Assembly: GCA_950097015.1 (NCBI GenBank) | Contig: CATNEN010000010.1 | Location: 1,054,001 to 1,118,000 of the forward strand | DNA: 64,000 nt | Reading direction: 5' to 3' | Source of the DNA: Macrostomum hystrix | Taxonomy: Eukaryota > Animalia > Platyhelminthes | In this document: positions 1-11,509 of the stretch, piece after piece | Position numbering within the stretch: position 1 is the first letter of the stretch | Layout: each line of letters opens with the position of its first letter | The notes under the pieces: model-generated | Told to the model about the DNA's origin: nothing | The model's database searches: none | The model's input: the letters and a program-made list of their open reading frames with translations, nothing else | Made by a program: the position numbers and the translations under genes

Positions 1-74
1 GTTGCTAGCTCTTGCTGGCCTTCACAGGACGCCTCCGTGAGTTGTTCGTACGAATCTGGTATGTAAGCACTCAC

Positions 75-1406
75 CTGAACAGGCAATACGCGACAATTGA
101 GAAGCCGTCTCTTGCCGCTCTTTTGTTTTTGAGTGCAGAATCTGCGTCTGACGCACTCAATAGAGATTGCTTATCGTTCTGAAATGTTGTACTGGGGTCA
201 AATCTGCAATTGAGACGGGATAAGTAATGTAAAAAATAGAACTGTTTGCTGTAAAAAAGCTGCTAACTGCTGTGACGTCTCACACTAGGTTTCTGGTGAT
301 CCATTTGTAAACGGCTCGGATTTTATCTAGCTCCGTGATGCAGATCGAGCCCAGGTGCTCAGCCAGAGAGTGCACAGACTCTGTGGCCTCCGGCGGAGTC
401 TGTTTGATTGGTGTTTAGGTTGGCTGTGTACTGAATAAGCCTGTCATGCTCCGCATACTCTTGCTCTGGAGTCCACTGTCAAAGTGGTCTAATAGTCTTA
501 CCAGCAATACGCGCTCGTCAAGCTGGCGGAAGGAGTCCAAATTGGGCCGATTTCCGATTGGCACCAGAGTTTCCGCCTGTTGCTAAAGAGTAAGCGAGTC
601 TAGACATGCACCAGTGTGTTAGACATTAATAGGTGGGTTAGACATGCACCAGTGTGTTAGACATTAATAGGTGGGTTAGACATGCACCAGTGTGTTAGAC
701 ATTAATAGGTGGGTTAGACATGCACCAATGTGTTAGACATTAATAGGTGGGTTAGACATGCACCAATGTGTTAGACATTAATAGGTGGGTTAGACATGCA
801 CCAGTGTGTTAGACATTAATAGGTGGGTTAGACATGCACCAGTGTGTTAGACATTAATAGGTGGGTTAGACCGACCGGCATCCGTCCATGTAACCCGTGC
901 TAGACATGTCCAGCTAGTTCAGCAGGTTCAGGTCACTCTACACTTGGTTCTGAATCTATCAGTTACCATCACTCTGACTGAGGGGTGGGTGGCCGAGCGG
1001 TTGACACGTTTGCCTCTCGCACCGAGCTCCCTGAGCTCGATTCCGCGGCGAGGCCACATTCATTTGGGGCGCAGCCGCGGAGAGAAGGCTTGGGGGCTGG
1101 TCGTGCAATTTACGCCCTTAAGGGCCAACCTCCAAGGCATCGTGAAATGTACTCTGCCTGACGATGAGAAAGTCAGAGCAGATGTACACACCTGTGTGAG
1201 CGTGTGCCTGCGTACGGTATCTGTGTGCGTGTGTGCTCAGGAGTCCGCGAAATGGGCAGAATTGCCTCCTCGCTGGCTGCGTGTCTAGTGTCACCAAATG
1301 ATGAGCCATTGTCCGCAGCGCTCCTGCAATTATTATTATTATTATTATTATTATCATCCTGACTTACCACGGGTGAACGCCTCGCAGAACTGGCTCCGCA
1401 GCCCAT
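75..1406 (-). CDS. KY/hillarin-like transglutaminase-family paralog Z (5' part only; gene runs off the window start); catalytic Cys position is Arg
   Basis: Exons 1406-1368 (MGCGASSARRSPV|GTAAGT), 582-502 (..NLDSFRQLDERVLL), 399-286 (TPPEATESVHSLAEHLGSICITELDKIRAVYKWITRNL) and 178-75 (..SDADSALKNKRAARDGFSIVAYCLF). These match the paralogous exons of genes A-E. Confidence 0.8.
600..871. repeat. 38-bp tandem repeat, ~7 copies, in an intron of paralog Z
   Basis: Unit TAGACATGCACCAGTGTGTTAGACATTAATAGGTGGGT, read directly. Confidence 0.95.
982..1353 (+). mobile_element. tRNA-derived SINE, copy 1 (full length)
   Basis: Pol III A box (TGGCCGAGCGG), B-box-like GAGCTCGATTCC and an (ATT)n tail. Homologous copies at 2632-2883, 16922-17294 and 46805-47109. 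Confidence 0.85.
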
Positions 1407-1792
1407 TTTTTGCTCTCTTGAGCATAGAGCTCTTAAGAAAATCTGTTAGCTAAGAGCCTTTTGAGTATTGTATCGAATCGTTTAAAAACGGCGCGTTAAA
1501 GATTCAAGATCAGTTTTATCTGATCGAGCACTGTGATATGAGGCTGCTCAACTCATTCAGCGGGCCGTCTGAATTTGCTCGCCGATAAGAAGGCGCAGTA
1601 ATTTCAGTGAGGTCCCAGAGTTCTGGTGTGCAACTCGTACTTACAGCTCTTATCGTAGAGCAGAATCTGCAGTTTACAATCCTTAGCCATGACAAGCAGT
1701 CGCCAATGAGCTTTTATTAACGAAATTCCTTAGTTAACGCAGGTCGAAAATAGTCAGAAAATTCAGTGGTGATAATTTAGTACAGATTTTTA

Positions 1793-2334
1793 CTAGTGGT
1801 AGATAGGGCACTTTTGCGTGGCCAGTCCGAACAAGCAGCAGAAAGCTCTGTCAGCTGCACTGACTACTATCGCCCATTCGTCGGTGCGCAGACACCTGGA
1901 CGCGTCAGAGGCATCGGAAACTTTTTGTTGCGAGAAATTCCAGGTGATCAGGCGGTTTATGAAAAGCGCGCGGACGAGTCGATTCCTGACGGGAGTGCCG
2001 CTTTGTCGCTTGAAGTGGCAGCTGAGCACGAATGCGTTGCAGAGCACACTGCTCATTGTCAGCAGCACCGCCGCGCTGAAGTACCAGGCTGCAATGGGGT
2101 GCATCCGTTGAATATTCCAAATAGAGTATGGACTTCAGCGCACTTTTTTTACTCGCTCTGCGTTGGCGTGTAGTTGCCAGCCAGCTGCAGGAACACGCAC
2201 ATGGACAGCACGATGGTGATGCTGTAGGAGATTCTCTCGCCGCAGTCGGGAGGCAGACAGAAAGCGATGGCGAAGATGGCAATGAGAAGGATGCTCGGCA
2301 GAATTAGAGTCATGACGTAGAAGGCCAAACGTCT
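1793..2334 (-). pseudogene. Cys-loop ligand-gated ion channel (nicotinic-receptor-like) transmembrane region M1-M4, probably decayed
   Basis: Exon 2334-2153 encodes RRLAFYVMTLILPSILLIAIFAIAFCLPPDCGERISYSITIVLSMCVFLQLAGNYTPTQSE (M1-M2). Region 2104-1793 encodes HPIAAWYFSAAVLLTMSSVLCNAFVLSCHFKR (M3) and EWAIVVSAADRAFCCLF (M4). The acceptor before M3 reads CAACG instead of CAG, and M4 is short. Confidence 0.8.
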
Positions 2335-2631
2335 CTGAAAGCATGCAAAGCGTGCTTAATCTTTCATCCGCGTCACCACTTTCAAATGCGTTATTTGCTC
2401 TTCGCTCTTTCGTTCTCTGTACTTTAATAGTTTGATTCGTATAGTCGTCCAGATATTCGCATAGTTCGTATTTTTATATTCTTATACAGTTTTCAGTGTT
2501 CGGCAAAGGCTGCCTGGAGGCCAGTGAGTAAATTTCTCTGCTTTCACGACATGGCACCCGAACGGGGACATTCAAATCTTAAACTATAATTTTGAATTTG
2601 AACAATATGAATTTTACAGACTGTTTTACGC

Positions 2632-2883
2632 CGTTAAGGGCCCGCCTGCATAAACTTGGAGGTGCACAATGAAGTGTACCCTGCCTGACGATTAGAAAGT
2701 CAGGGCAGATGTACATACCTGTGTGAGTGTATGCCTGCGTACAGTATCTGTGTGCGTGTGTGCTCAGGAGTCAGCAAAATGGGCAGAATGGCCTCCTCGC
2801 TGGCTGCGGGTCTAGTGTCACCAAATGATGTGCCATTGCCTGCAGCTCAACAGAAATTATCCTTATTATTATTTTATTGTTAT
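2632..2883 (+). mobile_element. tRNA-derived SINE, copy 2 (5'-truncated)
   Basis: Matches the 3' two-thirds of copy 1 (CCTGCCTGACGAT..AGAAAGTCAG..CTAGTGTCACCAAATGATG) and ends in a degenerate (TTA)n tail. Confidence 0.8.
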
Positions 2884-4280
2884 CCACTTCTTTGTATAGC
2901 CGAAGCCCCGGGTGCAGTTGAAGAGCCCCTGAACACCTCCCGTATGTCACAGCCTTTCAAAAGTGCCTGAGATTGCTCGATGGCATCGAAGACTCGGAAG
3001 CGTACCGTAGCGGCCTAAAACATCCAAGATATTTAGCAAATATTACTTCCAATAGAATCTACTTTTGTGTATTAGCAATATCTATTCACTGATGAATGCT
3101 TAAATGAATTTTCACTTAAAATCTGCATTCCGATTAACGTCTCATCTGCTCGATACAAATGCGTGCTCTTTCTACTTCTTGAGTAAAAGCAGGAGGAGCA
3201 AATTCGGGTCCAAGAAGTGTTTTTTGAAGTGGTTTCGGGCTAAAAGGCATCATGAAAGTACGAGTATGTAGACTGATGCTCAGTAAATGGCAGAGATACA
3301 TGCATTACTGCTACTTGTTGGCTTACTCGTACTGCATCTGCAACTTACTCGCACTAAACAATCTTTGGCACTTTCTGATTGATTATTTTCGTTTCTGAAA
3401 ATTTCATTCCACTTTCGCATGGATCAAGAAGAGTAAAATTGCACTTGAAGATGGCTTTATGTCGGTATAGCCACAGTTTGTACCGATTTACAACATTCTG
3501 TTGGTTTTTTTGGTGCATAGAAACGCCTGGAGTTCAAAAAGGGAGTTCAAAAAGTGTCTTGGTTGGAGCTCTCGAATAGCAATTAATTAGATGAGTTTTC
3601 AAGGGCAGTAACAACATACAGTGTTGGTCCGTCTGTCAATCAAGAGAATTAAAATGAGCTTTTCTTGGGATACGATATGCCTGCATCGGTATCGGAGGCT
3701 GAATAAAGTTAGAGTGAGAAAATATTTTGCTATTAAAAGTAAAAAAATCGCTTTCGATTCGGTTTAGAAAAACGAACCAACTCTCTAAGCTAGTTATGCA
3801 TCAAAAGTGTTAATTGATGTGAAGATGCAGCAAATTAAAGCTCGGGAGGTCTGGAGTTTGAATCTTAGCCTAGGATAACAATTTGTGTACTTTAGCAACA
3901 CACTTGATCCCCAATTGCTTCAGCTTACGTAGCAATCGATGTCACGGCCTTCCAAATCCACGGACGCAGTATGCAGCGCAACATCTGCAGCTGTGCCGTT
4001 GGTTGCATACCTGACCCGACTGGGACAGGACACTTCTATGTGTCTATAAGCTTCTATTTACGCTCTATTTTGCTCCTTTTCACTTCTGCTTAATGCTAAT
4101 TTACAGTACGAGTCTATTGGCTAACTACGATTATTAAACTTAAAAAAATATATATATATCAACCTAATTAAAGCATACAATGAGGAAATGGGTAACAATG
4201 AGCCTAAAACAAGAAAGTTTAGTTAATTTGTCTGGTGTCCTTGCTCCTCCTTCAAAAGTTACGATTAGAAGGACAAAAAT

Positions 4281-7200
4281 TCACACCACTTTGAGGTTGA
4301 AAAATCGTGGCAAAGTTGGCGCTTTCGCATTCACAGACCCAAAAACAGCAAGCTCTTTCTTAGTGGAGCCAGTTTGAATTGTTGCGCTAAACAGTTCGCC
4401 GCTTTTGTCACAGAATTTATCGCCCACCTTGACAATACCAAGACTGGAAGAGAACAATCTGAAAGTGATTTCCGAGTTTCGCTGTAGCTCGCCGTCGCGT
4501 GGCTCCAGCAACACCACGCGCTCATCGGCAGCTGCAGGGCACGGCACAGGAAATGGGCGACGCTTCTCCATTGGACTCAGACACTCGACCAGGAAGCTGG
4601 CCACTTTCTGCGTCTTCATAACTGGTGGAACCATCCTCTTCTGCGACCCTTGAGCCGATCTTCTCGCAGATCAAGTCCAGCTTGTGAAACCCTGCTTCGA
4701 ACATTCTCAGGCTAATCTTCATGAATTCACCGTCGATCTCCACGAAGCTCATGCTGTCATTGTCGGCACCGCTCTCTGCAGACTTGAACTTCGTCCGCGC
4801 GTAGATGCTGCGCGTGATGGGCAGCCGGAGCTCGTGCTCTCCCGTCTCTGCAGTGATTCGGAATCTGCGGTCTGTGCAGAAACCTCTGCGGAAGCCGAAC
4901 CTCTCCGGATTACTGTACACTCCGTAGTGGCCATCCGACTCAGGGAAACTTCCAAGGGTCTCGCAGAGGTCTGTTGCATTCGATCAGGAATCTGGCAACG
5001 GGTTTGATGTAGCCGTCATCCTTGCAGAACAGCTTCAGCTCATAAAATCCAGCGCGACTCATTAGCAAGCTGATGGAGACAAACTTGTCAGTAATCTCTA
5101 GGGCACACGAGGACTGATCTGGACTTTTTTCTCCCGAAAACTTCATCGTTACAGACGCAGCAACATTAAAGTCACTTTCAATCCGAAACTGCAACTCGAA
5201 TGCTGACCGGTTTGAGGTTTGAGCCAAAAGCGCTGGTCTTTGTGAAAACCGTTCGCAAATCCAAACTTCTCTGGATCGTTGAACACTCCATAGTAGTCAT
5301 ACTCTTCCGAATCCGGGAGGCGCCTGACCATCTTCATTGGATTAATACACTCGATAAGGAATCGAGCAACGCATTTCTTCCAACCAAAATCATCAAAATG
5401 CAATTCAACAATGTAGAACCCTGAGCGGTCCATTAGCAGGCTTATAGTGAGCATACTATCAGTGAGCTGAGGAACACACGATACGCTTTTTATACTATTT
5501 CCTTCGCTGAATTTAACATTGAACGAGGGTCTTCGTGTCAGCGGTCCAGATAGAGGAAGTATAATTTCATGCTCACCGGCGTCTGGCCTGATGTAGAAAC
5601 GTTGCTCTTTGTCACTTTGCAACCCAAGCGCGTCAGGGTTAATGTGGAATCCATAACAGTCTTTAATGTCTGGAAACTGTCTTAGCCCAGCATCTCGACG
5701 CAAAACCGAGCACTCAACAAGAAAGTGGGCGACAAGCTGTTTCTCTGCTGAATCAGATATTCTAAAATATATCTTGACCAAATAGAAGCCGATGCGATTT
5801 AACCGGCAGTGAACTATCAACAGTTTGTTGCATATCTCAACGGCGAACAACTTATTGTCGGGTTTTGAGTCATCAGCGAACTGAACCGAAGCAGAGCCAG
5901 TTGCCCCACTAGGAATTGGGATTTTGAGCTCGTACTCACTGTTTTCCACTCGAATCCAGAAGTTCTCGTTTGAGCAGAAATTTTTTGGGAACCCACAGCT
6001 CTGTGGATCTTGATTAAGTCCATAATGTCCGTCAAAGTCAGGAAAGGAAGAGTGGTTTGAGAATGCCACTGAGATTAGCTTATAAGATACAAGGCAGTCG
6101 CGCCGAGTAGCATTTTCCACTGTGGTCCCAAATACCTGCAGCTCATACTCCGTGTCGGTGGCAGGTGGCCTCGCTGTCACAGTCGCCTCGTTTGTCGAAC
6201 GGTTTAAAATTGACGCGATGTACTTTCCGCTATCAACTTTCTCACCACTCTTTAGATTCACAAACTTCGCGCAAAAGTAAGTCAAAGGCTTTCCGATTCC
6301 TCTGAACTTCAGCGTCACTTCGGCGTGCTCAACTTGAATCAGAGCCTGCATAGTGTGAGACACCAGCTCTACCTGGTGCTCGAAGCAGCCTCTTCTGCGA
6401 CTCGGTCGCTCAATGAAGGTTTGAAAGTCTATTGGATCATCCAACAGCTGCCACTGCTTGCTAGCCTCAAAGTTGTGGTCCATACACGGTAGGTGGTCCT
6501 CGATGAAGATGGCCGGATCAGTCAGGAAGAAAAAGTCGGTTTCCTTCCTGACAAACGAGCTTTCTTTCTCGACGTAGCCGGCTGCCCAGGTGCACTCTAC
6601 GAGTCTCCAATAGCCTTCTATCTTGACAGCGTTCCAGGCGTGCAGTTCATTTAGTTTGAAGTTGGCTGAATCGCTGCTGTCGCCTCTCGAGTAGCCGATT
6701 ATGAGCTCACACTCGATGTTCATCTGCCTGAAAGCCGTAAAATTTAATGTAGCTCAATGTGTCTTAATCCCTTACAGCCAGTGAGCTGGCTATCTGATAT
6801 ACGAGCGTAGCAACAAAGTATTGATCTGTATACTAGACTAGAACGTTTACTCGTACCGACATATCTTGCTCCAGCCATTTTTAACACATTTCTACGAGCG
6901 TATTTTAGAAAACGTACTCGTGCTAACAATAGCATGGTAACTTTTCTAATAAAAAAATCTTTCTAGGTAAAAATGGCACTCTTCTCTGTAACTCACATGC
7001 AGAGCCGCTGCATCAAGACAGCGTAGCCTTCGCAGACGCATGTTTTGTTTCGCAGCACCGACTCGGCATCGTTTGGAAGTCGCTTGGAAAAGTCTTTAAG
7101 AGCCCTTACGTCATATCTGAAATGAGAAAGACTTGGTCTAATTAGTTTGTTCAAGCAAAAAGATTCTCGCTATTAGAAGAAAGCTCACGAAATGTTTCTC

Positions 7201-8043
7201 GTTATCCATTTATAAGCGGCTCGAATCTTCTCCAAGTCAGTCTTCGCCCCCAGAACTAGATGAGCAACCAGCGATTCGATTGACGTAGCGACATACTCAG
7301 GTGTCTGTGTGGAGTGATCAATTTATCAATGAGTCAGCTCAAAGCACCTTATCGAAAAAAATAAATTCTCGCTTATTTACAATTATAACATGCGCGTCAA
7401 TCGGTCTTAGAGCACTGAAGTCGATAGTGAAATTCTTCCTTCGTTGAGGCCGAACTGATGCACTTTCCGACAGTTCCTGAATCCTGTACTCTTGGCCACT
7501 TATAGGTGGATTCAATCGATCCTGGCTCTCCAAGGAAGTGCTTGACACCTCTCTGACGTTTGTTAGTTGAGTTGGCTGATCCTGACTCTTCAATGAGGTG
7601 CTTGACGACTCTCTGACGTTTGTTCGTTCAGTTGGCTGATCCTGACTCTTCAAGGAAGTGCTTGACAGCTCTCTGACGTTTGTTCGTTCAGTTGGCTGAT
7701 CCTGACTCTTCAAGGAGGTGCTTGACGACTCTCTGACATTTGTTCGTTCAGTTGGCTGATCCTGACTCTTCAAGGAAGTCCTTGACGCCTCTCTGACATA
7801 AATCACAGAGCCATTCGACTGTGGAACCTGTTTTTCCTGGCTGTTGATTGGACTCGGAGACTTTTCTTTTAGATTTGTGTGTAAGATCGCTTGATCCGAG
7901 CTCTTGTCATCTGAGTTGAAAGGCTTTTCTGGTTGCACCTTGCCTTTTGTAGTTCCTGGCTGATGCTGATTGTAAGCAATGGGCTGCTGAGGTACAACTG
8001 CATTCTGCCTTCTGTGCACTCCGTGGCTCGATCCACAACCCAT
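4281..8043 (-). CDS. KY/hillarin-like transglutaminase-family peptidase paralog A; three frameshifts in the last exon
   Basis: Exons 8043-7381 (MGCGSS..DFSALRPIDAHVII), 7304-7189 (116 nt, TDLEKIRAAYKWITRNI), 7116-6997 (120 nt, TCVCEGYA) and 6727-4281 (HAWNAVKI, VECTWAAG, repeated ~125-aa Ig-like units). The frame changes near 5195, 4940 and 4630. Confidence 0.88.
7530..7797 (-). repeat. 60-bp coding tandem repeat (ERTNVRESSSTSLKSQDQPT x ~4.5) in exon 1 of paralog A
   Basis: Seen directly in ORF 7339..8043 and in the DNA. Confidence 0.9.
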
Positions 8044-9682
8044 TGCAGCTTCCTGGGTGAGCCCAGAGGCTTCTTTTCGCTTTTCAGCTGCGGGATTCGA
8101 TCTTTTATGATTGCCTGAAATTTCGACAGGATGGCGGATGCCCCATTAATTTCGCGATAATAATAACACGTCCTGCCACGTGTCGGAGTGTTTTGAATTT
8201 TTTATAGTCCAAGTAGCAAGGGTGTTAGGGCAGTGGCAGGGCATGGCGATAATGGGTGCTCAGGGCAGTTTTTTAGTTTAATCGTTCTCACAATAAGAAA
8301 AGGCCCAATTTAAAATGTGTGCGCATGAATTCACAGAAATATCCGGGTAATGCGAGCAGGACATAAAGAAAATGTTCAAGTGAGAAAAATATTTTTAGTC
8401 TCCAGGATAGTTGCATATTTTTGTGTCAATCAGCTTCTCACGCCTGGCATTCGTGGACTTCAATTGTACTCGTACGTGCGCGGCTACTGGAATTCAGAAC
8501 TCAACTCTAGCCACTGCCATTATTCTGCATCTGCAGCGTTACTGCAATACTTTCTCAAGTCCAGTCCACGCACATTCTCAACACCTTTCTCGCTGATAAG
8601 TGAATCATTTTCTCACGCCAGGGTGCATTGTTGAGTGCATCGGAGTTAGCCCAGGGTACTCATCACTATTAAGTAATAATCAGTCCTTTCGCTATCTAGT
8701 GAAACTCACCACTCTAAAATAAATTAAAAATGAGTTGCAATTTACAAAGAGAGCCATTTCTTACTCTTAATCACAGTGCTTTCGCAATAAGCTATGCTCG
8801 AAGCTTCGAGTAAGAGGTCGGCTGCAATTAAGCTGCTTATTGAGTTGTTTTGAGTTGGTTGACGAGTAGCGAATACAGTTCAGCGTGCATCTCAGCAGCA
8901 CAATTTTCTTTTCAATTCACCTAATTTTCCCACTATTTCGCTACTCTTGAAAAAATGAAGGACCGTATCCACATCCTTTAGGCTATATATATTATATGCA
9001 GTGAGTGCAATCAGTAGCACAGATTGTCTCAGATTTTGACACTTTTGACGTTCTCACGGCAACCTTGGTCAGCCATGGGCTGCCACCCCAGCCGAGTGGA
9101 GCCTCAAGGAACTGCCAGCAGAACAAAGACGGAAGCTGTCAATACGCGCGTCAAAAGGGATCCCAAAAAGAGACATATTGACGGCGGCCAGCTTCTCAAG
9201 ATTTAAAGGTGTTTAAAGGTATTGGAGTATCAAAAGCACAAATCAAAGTGTCACGAAATGCGCCTGCTTTTTAATAAAGCTATAACAATAATATTACAAA
9301 CTACTTTCCTACGTCAAAAGTGACTGGAAAAAATCCAGTAATATAACAGTGGCCTAATCACGACACCGATTTTCAGACTCCAGATGTGGTCACCAGCTCA
9401 CCCAAATCTCTAGCCACATACCTCAGCTCGTTCGCCTCGACCGACTTGGAGAAGGTCCGAGCAATCTACAAATGGATCACCAGAAGCATTTCGTGAGTCA
9501 GCCAATGCTTAGCTGTTGTGCCATAAATGACAGGACTTGCAAATTGAAATAACTCTAGACTGGTGGTATTTAGAACGAAACTAGCATGTTTTGCCCCCCT
9601 TCGGGGAGCAGAAATATTTTTAATTCGTCTTGTATATACTGTTTAGCAGCTGAATTTACAGCTTTTTAAAGCTAAAATAAAC

Positions 9683-11330
9683 CCCCAGTTGACAATGATC
9701 CCCCAGTTGACAATGATCCCCCAGTTGATGATGATCCCCCAGTTGACAATGATCCCCCAGTTGACAATGAACCCCCAGTTGACAATGATCCCCAGTTGAC
9801 AATGATCCCCCAGTTGATGATGATCCCCCAGTTGACAATGATCCCCCAGTTGACAATGAACCCCCAGTTGACAATGATCCCCAGTTGACAATGATCCCCC
9901 AGTTGATGATGATCCCCCAGTTGACAATGATCCCCCAGTTGACAATGAACCCCCAGTTGACAATGATCCCCAGTTGACAATGATCCCCCAGTTCACAATG
10001 ATCCCCTTGTTGACAATGATCCCCCAGATGACAATGATCCCACAGTTGACAATGATCCCCCAGTTGATGATGATCCCCCAGTTGACAATGATCCCCCAGT
10101 TGACAATGATCCCCCAGTTGACAATGATCCCCCAGTTGACAATGATCTCACAGTTGACAATGATCCCCCAGTTTACAATGATCCCCCAGTTGACAATGAT
10201 CCCCCAGTTGACAATTATCACCCAGTTGACAATGATCTCACAGTTGACAATGATCCCCAAGTTGACCATGATCCCCCAGTTGACAATGATCCCCCAGTTG
10301 ACAATGATCACCCAGTTGACAATGATCCCCCAGTTGACAATGATCCCCCAGTTGACAATGATCCCCCAGTTGACAATGATCCCCAGTTGATAATGATACC
10401 CCAGTTGACAATGATCCCTCAGATGACAATGATCCCCAAGTTGACAATCATTCCCAAGTTGACAATGATCACCCAGTTGACAATGATCCCCCCAGTTGAC
10501 AATGATCACCCAGTTGACAATGATCCCCCAGTTGACAATGATCCCCCAGTTGACAATGATCCCCCAGTTGACAATGATCCCCAGTTGATAATGATACCCC
10601 AGTTGACAATGATCCCTCAGATGACAATGATCCCCAAGTTGACAATCATTCCCAAGTTGACAATGATCCCCCAGTTGACAATGATCCCCCCAGTTGACAA
10701 TGATCCCCCAGTTGACAATCATTCCCAAGTTGACAATGATCCCCCAGTTGATAATGATACCCCAGTTGACAATGATCCCCCAGTTGACAATGATCCCCCA
10801 GTTGACAATGATCTCCCAGTTGACAATGATCCCCCAGTTGACAATGAACACCCATTTGACAATCATTCCCAAGTTGACAATGATCCCCCAGTTGATAATG
10901 ATACCCCAGTTGACAATGATCCCTCAGTTGACAATGATCCCCCAGTTGACAATGATCACCCAGTTGACAATGATCCCCCAGTTGACAATGATCCCCCAGT
11001 TGACAATGTTCCCCCAGTTGACAATGATCCCCAGTTGACAATGATCCCCCAGTTCACAATGATCCCCTTGTTGACAATGATCCCCCAGTTGACAATGATC
11101 CCACAGTTGACAATGATCCCCCAGTTGACAATGATCCCCCAGTTGACAATGATCCCCCAGTTGACAATGATCCCCCAGTTGACAATGATCTCACAGTTGA
11201 CAATGATCCCCCAGTTGACAATGATCCCCAGTTGACAATGATCCCCCAGTTGACAATGATCACCCAGTTGACAATGATCCCCCAGTTGACAATGATCCCC
11301 CAGTTGACAATGATCCCCCATTTGATGAGG
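9683..11330. repeat. ~18-bp satellite (CCCCAGTTGACAATGATC), ~90 copies, in the expanded intron of paralog B
   Basis: Direct reading; 17-19-bp length variants. Confidence 0.97.
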
Positions 11331-11509
11331 ACTCCTTATTGACAATGTTGCCCAGTTAATTTTTATATTAGCTTCTTTTGTAGAAAATTGAGAAGAACAA
11401 CAATTAAATGATTATTAGGCAAAATATTTATCATACAAATATATATCATTATGACGTTATGAGATAACAAACTCAAAATTCAATTCAATGACAAAAGAAA
11501 AATTTTGCC

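Noticed and set aside
1173-1406. ORF with a poly-Asn tract after MGCGAS
   Set aside because: A GTAAGT donor at 1367 precedes the tract; the poly-N is the antisense SINE (ATT)n tail.
9643-11345. Many ORFs of the IVNWGI / TMIPQL / DHCQLG type
   Set aside because: They derive from an 18-bp satellite with frequent 1-bp indels, inside an intron of paralog B.
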